Positions 33,601-44,814 of a DNA stretch of 64,000 nucleotides are shown here, piece after piece. The stretch spans positions 153,122-217,121 of the forward strand of contig CDMY01001057.1 in NCBI GenBank assembly GCA_001179505.1, in the 5' to 3' direction. The translations under genes and the position numbers were made by a program. Source of the DNA: Vitrella brassicaformis CCMP3155 (taxonomy: Eukaryota > Protista > Chromerida). How positions within the stretch are numbered: the stretch's first letter is position 1; each line of letters opens with the position of its first letter. The notes under the pieces are model-generated. The model had not been told where the DNA came from, searched no databases, and saw nothing but the letters and a program-made list of their open reading frames with translations.

Positions 33601-36600
33601 CTGTGGTGTGTTTCAGGGTCCAGTGGTGCCGCTGAAGGTGTACGACGCCCGCAACCCCAGCGGCCATGGCTCAGACGCCGCGTGGCTGCCACAGGTGCTC
33701 GCATTCGTCAGGCCAAAACGGGGGCTCAATGGCAGCAGCAGCACCTCTCCGCGGTCGCCCAACAAGACCGCCACAACGACGGCGCCCACCACAGTGGGTG
33801 GGGGCACGCAGCCGGCTGACGGGGGTGAGGTGCTCGACCCGCTGAGGGCCGAGATGGTCCTGGTGGTCATCAACTTCGGCACGTCCAAGGTGGAGGGCAC
33901 CATTTGCTTCCAGTCACTGTGGCCACTTTTCCAAACATACGGTAGGGATGCACCCACACAGACAAACCGCTAAATCACCCGCAGAACGAACATTGCTGCG
34001 TGTGTGTGTATGTGTATGTGTGAACAGAGGAGACGTCTATGATGGAGATCATTGACCTGTTGAGTGTGCCGGAGCAGAGCGTCGACATGTTCAGCCTCAC
34101 CGAGTTCCTCGACACCAAACACGTCTTCCACATCCCCGCATTCGGCACCATCTGCCAGGCGGTCCAGGTGGCCTCAGACACGGCCCTCCTCGCCGCCAGC
34201 GACCGCCAGCGCAAGAACTCCACCGACGGCAAGAGCCGCAACGAGCTGCTCCAGCAGTTCTACACCTGCAGCCTCCGGCGGCTGTCCGAGGCACTCAAGG
34301 CCGGCCTCGACTGCAGCAACAACTTCATCTTCGCCAACATACTGAGGGCCATCAAGGACAGACCGGATGTTGACGGGCTCGCGTCGGTGCTGCAGGTACA
34401 CAGGGCGGCGGGGCGGATGGGAGGGCCGTATGTCTCTCATCTGGCATGCTCTGTGCTGTCCTTGTGTGTCTGTGTGTGTGTGTGTGTGTGTGTGTTGATC
34501 ATGACAGGAGTTCTACGTCTTGCAGAAGCTGTACGAGAACGCCCCCTCTCTGTACAGTCTCTTTGTCGAGACGGGCATCTTTCACAACAACGAAGTCGGC
34601 GCTAGGCTCTTCGCCAAGCTGCAGCGCATCAAGGAAGGCGGCAAAGAAAGTACGCACGCCACTCATCGGCACCAGAGACGCACACACCACACACACACAT
34701 GCAACATGCCTGATGGCGCGTGTGCGTGCAGACTCTAAGTGTGGTGCGGTCATCTTCGCCAAGAGCCTGCTGGATGCCAACCGCCTCGGCCCCATCGCGT
34801 TTGTGGCGCCCGAGCTGGGCCGATGGTCGACGGTGGGAGGACTGGGCGTCATGGTCGATGAGCTCTCATGGTCACTGGCTGCACTCGGACAAGAGGTCAG
34901 TCACACAACGGACAAAACAAAACAAAACAAGATGAGAAGCTTTCTGGAACCAGCCAGACACATCCGCTGTGCGTGTCCCCGTGTGAAGGTGTGGGTGATA
35001 TCGCCTTACTACGAGCGGAACCGCAAGGGCGAGAGTGGGTACCTGAAGCGAGACGGCATCGAGTGGAAGTTCAACATCGAGATACAGCTGGGGTGGGACA
35101 AGCTGACAATCGGGGTGCACGAGGGGCGCGTCAACGGCGTCAGGCTGCTCTTCATGCACAACCCGCAGTTCTTCCCCCACCCATACCCCGGTAGGGTAGG
35201 GTAGGGTACACACAACAAACACCCAAGAAGGCGATCTGAATGATACTGGACAGACACGTGAGTGACCTTCTCTCTCTCTCTGCATCTGTGTGTCAGATTT
35301 CGATGCGGCCCACGCCGTCAAGTTCCTGACTGCGATGGGCAAGGCGCCCCTCGAGATCTGCTGCCAGCTACGGTGAGAGCTAGGGGACGCTTGCAACGCC
35401 AACTTGAACACATTGATAATGTGATTGGATTGTCTCAATGTCTTACTCTTCTGTATTTGTTGGCTGCAGCACCATTCCCTCGCTGTTTGTGACCAACGAC
35501 TGGGCCACTGGCCTGTGCGCCGCATACGCCAAGAAGGTGGGCATGGCACCAACCAACAGGCACAAACAGACACAGGACGGACGATAGATACACGATTGTG
35601 TCATGCATGTCATGCATCTGTCGCCCGTGCCGTGCAGGGTCTGTTTGGCCGTACGTACGAGTCGACGACCTTCTTCCACGTCATACACAACCTCGACGCC
35701 ACCTACGAGGGACGCATCTACCCCGCCAAGTGAGGAACCGAATGGTAGCGGTGACTGCTCGATTCTCATCGTGTGTGCGTTGCTTGTGTGCGCAGGGGTC
35801 AGGACCTGAGTCACGTGCACGGTCTGCCGATCGACCTGCTCGTCGACGCGCACTGGGGGCAGTATGTCATCAACCCTTCACGGTCAGTCTAGTCTGACTG
35901 ACACCACACCCTCCCTGCTGTGCTGCTCCGCCACGCGTGCTCGCATTCGATGTGTGTGTATCTTGCTTGTCAGGTGTGCCTTGCTGACGTGTGACTCGTG
36001 GGGCACTGTGTCTCGGTCCTACCGTGACGACCTTCGCGGCATGGGCACTGGTCAGGCCTCCGCCCTGGCGCCACTACTCAATCGCGTCAAGGAGCCGTTT
36101 GCCTTCCCCAACGGCATCCCCATCAAGGCCCGGCTGGAGCGGCTGCAGCAGCTCAACTGCCAGGGCAACGCCATGCAGAAACACATGGAGGCCAAGGGCA
36201 GGATACAGGTGCGGTACTTCGGATACGACATGCCCGACCCCACGGTGCCGCTGTTCGCCTTCATCGGCCGCATCACCCAGCAGAAGGGGGTGCACCTGCT
36301 GCTGGACGCCGCCGAGAGCATCATCAAGCGATACAACCAACGCATTCAGATTCTCATCGGCGGCATTGCCAACCACCGGGAACCCTACTCGGCACGATGC
36401 GCCTCGCAGATGAACCACCTCAAGTCGCAATTCAGGTGCGCTGCTACGCTGCCTAGCCAGCTGCCTGACCAACCACACGTTTCTGAGTCTCTTTGTGTCT
36501 GTGTGTCGTCCACCAGGCACAACTTCTGGGCCGAGCCGAATGAATTCTTCACCGACGGGGCGCTGGTCAACCTTGGCGCCGACTTCGCCGTCATGCCGTC

Positions 36601-38719
36601 GATGTTCGAGCCGGGCGGCATCGTGCAGCACGAGTTCTTCGTGGCCGGCACTCCTGTCATCGCATACAAGACAGGCGGACTCAAGGACACCGTCTCAGAA
36701 TTCAGCCCGGAGACAGCGGTGAGAGAGTGAAGCCAACACACCACACAAGCGACACACACGTGGAGGGAGGCAGGCATCTGTGAGTATGTGTGTGTGTGTG
36801 TGTGATTTGGTGTCCATCAGGAGGGCAATGGTTTCACCTTTGAGGCGTACCATCTGGGTGACCTCATCTTCGCCATGGAGCGTGCCATTCGTGTGTTCCA
36901 GAACCAAGGGCAGTATGCCTGGCTGCGGGAGAACGCCCGGAGGGGCGTCGTGAGCTGCGAGCAGGTGGCCAAGGCATGGCTGGGGGAGTTCTGCAGGCTG
37001 AGGAAGAAAATACCCCTCGACGGCGAAATGGTGAGTGAGAGATCAACGAACTGAGCGACATATCTAGCTACTCAGGTGACCTGAGGTGACTGACGGATCT
37101 GTCTGTCTGTCTGTCTGTCCTTTCGTCCACTCCTTCCTCCAGGTTGCCGAGTTCCTCAAGGAGATCCCCCCTTGGTCAGAGGACCGTTTGTCACAGCAGC
37201 CAGAAGGCACGTCGCTGCTCGACAGACTCGGTACGCCATTTATTTACGCCAACAGACGGTAGGGAGTGCATACCAATCAATCATTCTGTCGCCTGTGCGT
37301 GTGTTGTGTGTCAACCACCAGCCAAGGAGGAGGCCGACTCGCGCAAGGAGGAGGAGAAGGCCAAGCGGGTGAGTCGTGTCATCGCCCCACCAGACGGCTC
37401 GTCACCCTTCCCGCCCTTCCAAGGCCCCGTGCTCAAGCGGCAGCCCAGCTACGACCAGAACCAGCTCCCATCCACACCCTACTTTCAGGCTGCTCCCGCG
37501 CCACGGTCGACGAGGCGCAAGTCCCCCGTGCCCATCCCCAAAGGCCCCATCCCCTCCTCCCCTCCCACCCAGAAGCCCACTCCCACCCAGAAGCCCACGT
37601 ACCACGCCGGCACACCCGACATGACAAGCAGGCCGCGCGAGCCGTCCCCACAGGAGCCTGCCACAAGCATCGGCCTGGAGCACATCCCGTCAGCCCCCCC
37701 GGACTTCCTCACCGCTCGCAAGGCCGCAGCCCCTCCCCCTTTGTCCCCGCCCTACCAGCCGCGGCCACCATCGGCCGCCCAGCAGGTGTCCCCTGGTGGC
37801 CAGGTGCCGTCCTCTCCCTCTCCCTCTCCCTCACCAGGCGCCCCCCGTGGGTATGCCGGCCAGACCACCGGCATCACCGGCCCCATCATTGCCGGTCCGC
37901 CACCCATGGCCAGCCCATACCACTACCCGTCAACCGCCCCAGGGCAGCGCCCAATGCCACCCAGCCCCGGCAAGTCATCCTCATCCGGGAGTGCGCCCGA
38001 GCGGCCGAGGGGTCCTGTGCCCGTCCCTGGCCCGTCGCCGCGCCCCTCACCGTCACAGCAGGACGTCCATGCTGCTGTGCGGACAGTGAGGGAGGCCACA
38101 CCCCCCGGAGGGGGGGCGGCTGTGAGTGGTGCTGCGCCCCCTCCGCGGGCGATGCAGCGGGGCCCGGCGCCCATCCCTCCGTTCCTGGCGCCGCAGTCGC
38201 GAGAGCAGCTGTTCCACTCTGCCCCAACACGCCCCGAGGCCGCGTCTGCTGTGGCCGCGGCGACACGGCCGATGACGATACGATTCACGCCATCACATGG
38301 ACGGGTGAGGAGGGAGGGAGGGAGGGGACTGTGACGGGCGCATGGACGATGGTGTGTGTGTGGTTGGTTGATCCATCTTTGTCTGATGTGTGTGTGTGCA
38401 GCCTCGTCCTCGTGTGGTGACTGTGACGGGGAGTTTCGACCAGTGGGCTGTGCGGCGGCCGCTGAGGTGGGACCATGCCACTCAGCAGTTCCTACTCGAC
38501 CTGGCACTCAAACCCGGACGATACACGTAGGCAGTGCAGCCAGCCAGCACCGGATGTAAAGGGAGAGAGGGAGGGTTTGGATGTGTGTGGTGTGGTGTGG
38601 TGTGGTTGTGTGTGTGCAGGTACAAGTTGGTAGTTGACGGCGTGTGGCTGTGCAACCCGAATGAGCCGATGGAGACCGACCCCATGGGCAACCAAAACAA
38701 CATACTTATCATACGATAG
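27679..38719 (+). CDS. Large starch/amylopectin (alpha-glucan) synthase: low-complexity N-terminus, GH13 amylase-like domain, GT5 synthase domain, Pro-rich linker, C-terminal CBM48
   Basis: GH13-like: GITTLYLMG, GIKIVVD, YGIDGVRLDNA, FLVIGECW, LFFLPDIPMTLFGE. GT5: APELGRWSTVGGLGVMV, FVTNDW, IHNLD, FPNGI, FIGRITQQKG, MPSMFEPGGIVQHE, KTGGLKDTV. CBM48: VTVTGSFDQW...YKLVVDGVW...DPMGNQNN. Many GT-AG introns; true start uncertain. Confidence 0.9.
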
Positions 38720-39714
38720 ATGAACCAACCAATCAGGGAGGGAGGGAGAGATGCATCATGCTATGCTCCACTGGTCTGCCTGCTGCCTGGGTGCTTTTTT
38801 CGGTGTGTGGATGGGTGTGTGGGGGGGGCGTGGGTGCATGTGTTAGCTGTTGGTGTTGGTCACTCAAGTGCTTTCACTGCGTCTGTCTGTCTGTCTGTGG
38901 CGTGGTTATGTAACGATCCCCTCCACACATGTCATGCGTGGTGTCCAACCACCACCATATGATCTATCTGATCATTTTTCTTACAATACTACCATCATTT
39001 TATCCATCCCCACACACGTGGCCCGCCACGCCACGCCAGGCCACATGTGCGACGTGTCTGTCTGTATCTATGTAGCTATGTGCAACGGTCGACCTCCCAT
39101 GCTCTACTTCAATGGCTGCATTGATTGGTGCCTTCATGTGTGTACGCGAGAGAGAGAGACAGAGGGCAGAGAGATGTGAGAGATGGATGTGTTGTGTTCT
39201 TGAGTTGAGGTGTGTGTGTTTCAATGCCTGCCTGCCATTCGTGTGCATGGCTGGGGTGGCGGGCGTGTGCACGTGTTCATTCTGCGGAGGCGTGTGTGCC
39301 GATCCAGGCCGGAGGAAGGAAGGACGGCTTTGAAGTCCTCACACACAGGCTGTCTGTCTGTCTAGAGCAGCGATTGGGGACGGCGTACCCGACAGCTCTC
39401 ATTACAGGAGCTGATTCGGACCAGATAACCATACTCGAATAGACACGCGCCTGTATGCATGCCGTGCATACCCACTGACTGATCTGTGTCCCATGCGACG
39501 GATTCGGGTGGGGCTCGTATTTTTCGTCCCTCCCATCCCCCTCCCTCCACCCTCCTCGCTGATCGATCGCACCCACCGCACCCCTCAGCGAGACTCCCTT
39601 TTTCACGTGCACACTCACACGCCTGACAGCGTGTGGGTGGGTTGACGGAGAGACGTGCCTCAGATGTTCGTGTGAGGTGTGTGGCAGGCCGGGCCGGCCC
39701 TGCAGGCAGCGTTT

Positions 39715-39723
39715 TATAAGGTC
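39715..39723 (+). promoter_or_regulatory. Candidate TATA-like element TATAAGGTC upstream of arginase
   Basis: gttttataaggtc preceded by GC-rich ggccgggccggccc; about 560 nt upstream of ATG 40279; function is inference. Confidence 0.25.
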
Positions 39724-40278
39724 ATCGTACGTACGTATCTGCGTGGGTCCGTCTGGACGTGTGGTCACTGCTGCTGCTGCTGGCCGTGGAGTTTTGGCAT
39801 GATTCGGTTTGTCGTTTCAAAGCATAACAGGCAACAGCCGACAGACAGACAGACACACAGACAGACAGATGGATGGATGGATGTGCGGCACCCTGTCTTT
39901 CTGACGGTGCGGCCGTGGCGAGGTGTGGTGTGGTTTCTGGTGTGTATGGCGTTAGTGTGTCGTGCGTGATGGGTCTGTCTGTCTGTCTGTCTGTGTAGGT
40001 GAGCGAGGCCACACCAGATGTGTAGACACTTACATACATGCATACATACATAGATACATACATTTGTCGATGTGCTGCTGTACGCGTGCCGTCTCTCCTT
40101 GCCGCCTTGTGTGTCTCCTCCTGTGTCTGTCGGTCTGGCTGCCTGTCTGTCTGTCCAGTATGTATGTGATGTCGAGAGACGCTCAGTGCCATCATTTTTC
40201 TTTATCAGATCTACTTGAGTGCATCCTGATGTGTTGGTGCGATATATGCGACACCTCTCCTTTATCGGTCTTACATAC

Positions 40279-42640
40279 ATGAGTCATGCACAGCACAGAT
40301 GGACTGCAGTGCACACCCGACACGTCGCAAAGACTTGTCGGTTCCATGCCTTCTCAAAATCGGTGTCGAGATTCGCGACCGCGTTGAGCTCGCATTGGTG
40401 AGCTCGCCGACTCTCCGCAGGACTCGAGCGCCAAAAGGGGTGTGAAGGAGTGCACTCAGCACTGTTTTGTGGTCATAGACACCGTCGACTGGTTCTTCGG
40501 CGATATTGTCCTCTGTTGAATTCGCTTCATCAGCACTCAGCGTCCGTTATCAGCAGTGCTATCGTCATTCAGGCGCCTGTCGTTTGCCGCCGCAGCAGCC
40601 AGCACCTCGCGACTCGCCCGCACGCCACACACGAGACCGAATCCCCTCCTGTGCAGCAGCATGTCTGTGAGGGTTGGCCTGCCGGCCTCCGATGTCGCAC
40701 CGGATGCCCTGAATCGCAATAAGAAGACGCCTGCTGACTTTGGTGCGGACGCTGTGAGTCGGACTAGCAAGATGGCGAGGTTGGAGAAGCGGTTGCTGTG
40801 TGACAAGACTGTGGCGTACATCGGTGCGCCGTTCAATGACGGGCAGGAGCTCAAGGGTGTGGACGAAGGGCCAAAAGCGCTCAGGTACACAGACAGACAG
40901 ACAGACAGACAGAGAGGGAGGGAGGGAGATAACCAGGTGAGTGATCAAATGCGGCCGGCCTCTGTGTGTGTGTGTGTGTGTCAGGGATGCTGGTTTGCGT
41001 GCGTACACGATGAAGATGGGTTTTGCGTTTGAGGACTGGGGAGACATCAACCCCCACGCTCCCTCGCGATACACCACCGTAGAGAGCTCCACCAGCCTCA
41101 AGGGCGACTCGGACGACAGCATGGAGGGAGAGGGAGAAGGTGAGGCCCATGGCAGTGGTGAGAGTGCCGTCTACTACACCAACGTCAAGAATTCGCGGGA
41201 GGTCGGGCGGGCATGCAAGAAGATACACGACGCGGTCAGGGAGGGAGGGAGGGAACAGGGGACTGATGGGTTTGTGGATGGGATGTCCTTTCGTACGTGT
41301 GTGTGTGCGTGTGTGTGCAGACGCAGCACGCGGCTGCTGAGAAGAAGTTTGTGTTGACTATTGGTGGTGACCACAGCATCGCTGCTGGGTCGATAGCCGG
41401 GCTTCTCACTGAGCGACCTGACCTAGCCATCATCTGGGTGAGGAAATGACTGACCTGACCTGACCCACACCCCGCCCAGCCACCAGTGCAGCCACCCAGA
41501 GTCAGCACGTGTGTGTGTGTGTGTTTGATTCCATGCAGGTTGATGCACACGGCGACTGCAATACGCCCGAAACGGTGGGCGAACGGCTAAACAGATGAGC
41601 AGATTGATTGGAACCCTTCTCGATGTGTCTGTGGTCTCATCAGACTCCTTCGGGCAACTACCACGGCATGCCAGCAGCCCACCTCCTGGGCTGGTTCAAG
41701 AAACTAGTGCCGGTACACACACACAGACACATACACAGAGACAACCCTACCCTGCTGCTGCTGTTCACTTATCTGCACCTCTCTCTCTCTCTCTCTCTTT
41801 CTCTTTGGCAATGGCGGTGTGGTGTCAGGGGTTTGAGTGGATGCAGAAGGTGCCGACACTGCCTGAGAATCGCATAGCGTTTGTGGGGCTGCGCGACCTG
41901 GACCCCGCCGAGAAGGACATGATGATGCACTCGGGGGTCCACTGCTTCACCATGCAGGATGTCGACAGATACGGAATCTCCAAAGTCATGTATGTGCGCA
42001 CGCACTTAATGAGGAAACATTACTTGAACCACCCACATACACACACACACACACACACCCCACACACGCGCGCGCGCAAACACGGCCATCTGTGATGCAT
42101 CGATGTATGGTTGGGTGTCTCCAGGGACATGGCGTTGTCGAAGATCGACCCCGAGGGCCGCCGGCCGCTCCACTTGTCACTCGACGTCGATGCATGCGAT
42201 CCCGCCGTCGCACCTGGCACTGGTACGTACGGCGACACACGCACTTTCACGCAAGGAAGGCTTTTCCGGACGCACCCACCGATGCACGTATGTTGTGTTG
42301 TGTTGGTTGTTCTCATGCATGCAGGTACCAAGGCTCGCGGCGGTTTGACGTATCGTGAGGTGCACTACATTTGTGAGGCCATGGCGGAGACCTCACGGCT
42401 GACCTCCATGGACCTGGTCGAAATCAACCCGCTCATCGACACACCCTCGGAAGACCTGCACGGGGTAGGAGCCAACAAATGAGCAAGGGCCTGCCTCACA
42501 GCCATCAACTGATGCGTGTTCTTTCTCCCTTCCTTCCCTTGTGTGTTGTGTTGCAGGACGACCCTGACATCAAGGGCACTCAGACGGTGCGGCTCGGCGT
42601 GGAGCTCATCGCCTCGGCACTCGGCAAGACCATCATGTGA
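40279..42640 (+). CDS. ARG: Arginase (ureohydrolase family), multi-exon; core starts at ATG 40661, putative extra 5' exon from 40279
   Basis: GAPFNDGQ..GVDEGP, IGGDHS, W|VDAHGDCNTPET|TPSGNYHGMP, VGLRDLD, LHLSLDVDACDP..APGTG|TKARGGLTYRE, MDLVEINP; all Mn-ligand motifs present. Confidence 0.95.
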
Positions 42641-44164
42641 CGGACGACCGGGGGCCGCGCGGACCCAACCTTGTATACCTATGTATCATGCACCCTCCCA
42701 CTTACCCACCCAGCCACCCATGTATGTATCCCCGCCCGTTGTCACCCCTGTCCCCTCCCCTATCTTTACCGTCGATTGAGTGATGTGATCTGATTGATGG
42801 TATGAATCGGATGGATAGATGGATGAATTTCTTGTGCCGTGCCGTGTCTGGTGTGGTGTGGTGTGAGCATGTGTTGAGGCGTGGCGTGCACACCGTTGGT
42901 TGCCCAAGAGCGCGTTCGCCTTGTATGCTATCCACGCGTACACAGAAATGAGTGCTCACTAGGTAGGGCGAGTAGGGAGGGAGGGAGAGGTGTCCTGCCT
43001 GCCTGTGTCGAGAGAGAGTGACGGTGTGTGGATAACTCGGCTGGCTGGCTGGGTGATGGGCGAGTGCTGTCAAGGAGGGAATTGGATGGTTGGTATGGGC
43101 TGGCTGTATCTGTGAGCGTGGTATCTGTCTCTCAATCTAGTGCTACCTGCTACATTGCCACCCCGCCCCGCTGTTGTTTTTCACGAGAGTGAGTGGATGG
43201 AGCTGCACCCTTTTTTTCGAGCGTGAGCACTGACTGAGGGGTGGAAAGAAGGAAACCCTTCCCATGGATGCAGACCGATCTCGCCTCGTGTGATGTTTTC
43301 ATTCATGGCGGGAGGGCACGTGAACTCTCGAGCATCAGCAACGCCTCGATGCTTGCAGTTTCACGTGCTGGCCTGCCATACATGAGAGCAGCACACCAGA
43401 GCGGACCGAGCAGTGCAGTCAAAGGACAGACAGGCTGCAAGAGTAAGTGTGTGTGCCACGCTCACTGCCGTCCAGTCAGTCCACGGTTGCTTTTTCTCCG
43501 ACGGCGGGTGATTTTTTCAACCTGATGCGCACCGATGCGCATCCAGCGCTCCACTCTCTCGATGGCTCCCATCCCACAGACCTGTGCGTCTCCGTGTACG
43601 TTGTGCGTGTGTGTATGCCTGTGAGTAAGTGCTGATTGATGCATTCATCATATCGTCATCGCGCGGAAACCGCCATGGTTGATGTGTGTGGGTGGTGCTG
43701 GCTGGTGCTGGCCGGTTGGTTACACGCATCCATGCGCATTGCACAACGATACACACACGGGCAGAGAGATCTGCCTGCCTGCTTGCCTGCCTGACTGACT
43801 GCCTGCCTAACTGCCTGGTTGCCTGTCTGTCACGTCTCTCTCTCTGGCTGCCTGTGCCTGTGTGTGTCTGGGTGTCATGCTAACTAAGCTGAGGTTGTAG
43901 ATAAGGGTGGATGCCATCCCCATGCCATGGCACGCGCTCGCCTGACTAATGCTCGCTACTCAATCTATCTATCGGCTGACTGAACTGAACTGCATCGGTG
44001 GATCAGACAAACCAACAACACAGTTTTGCCTGCCTGCCTGCCTGCTGTCTGCCTGATGCTTCCTAATGCTCTCGCCTGCTGCTTGTGCTTGTGCTGCTGC
44101 CCATTTACTGACTGCCTCGCCCGCCTGTTGTCTCTCTGCCTGCGACGATGACCTTTTGACCGTT

Positions 44165-44209
44165 TTGACTCTTACGGATGACCACGGTGGTTGACTCTTA
44201 CGGATGACC
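44165..44209. repeat. 19-nt direct repeat TTGACTCTTACGGATGACC x2 (26-nt period)
   Basis: Copies at 44165-44183 and 44191-44209, within a run of TGAC(C/T) words starting at ~44149. Confidence 0.9.
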
Positions 44210-44814
44210 GCCATCGGCTCGATGTGGGAATGGACGACGGAGCTAACTGGCTGATTTTTGCACTTCACTCACTCACTCCAATTGCCATTCACTTGCTCAG
44301 CTCAGTGAGGGTAACCAACCAACCGGTGTGGCTGTGTGCGTGTGAGGATGGTGTGTGTGTGTGTCGTGTGGGATGGAGGCTGGTTCGCCAGCTGTACAAT
44401 AGCTAGCTAAACCCGTGCCTGCGTGATGGATGGATGGATGGACGGATGGGCGGGTGGGAGACTCATCTGACACAAACTCTCAACCTGACTGGCTCACATA
44501 ACATAAGCCATTTGAGAGAGTACGAAGGAAACGCAGTCATCGTCATTTTCAGCCCGTTAAGACGGAATTCGGTCATTGCATTCGGTCGCGGTACATACTG
44601 ACGTCCAACTCTCCACACACATACTCACTCCCACCCTCCCTCCCTCCCTTTTCATTACGCAGGGCCCCATCCCCCAAAAGAGTCATTGCTCCCAGTTGAT
44701 TGCTCACCTCACTCCCACACACACCAACCAATCACCCACCCACGATCGACCCACACAGCCGTGCAATCTTCACGCGCTCATATGGCCACAGCTAGCGAGC
44801 AGCAGAACAGCAGG

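Noticed and set aside
11664-38719. PGM2 plus glucan synthase as a metabolic gene cluster
   Set aside because: They are 12 kb apart with unrelated material between, PGM2-type enzymes are often phosphopentomutases, and no third pathway gene is present. Only conserved synteny would revive this.
44165-44209. CRISPR-like repeat-spacer
   Set aside because: Only two 19-nt units with a 7-nt spacer, eukaryotic context, no cas genes.
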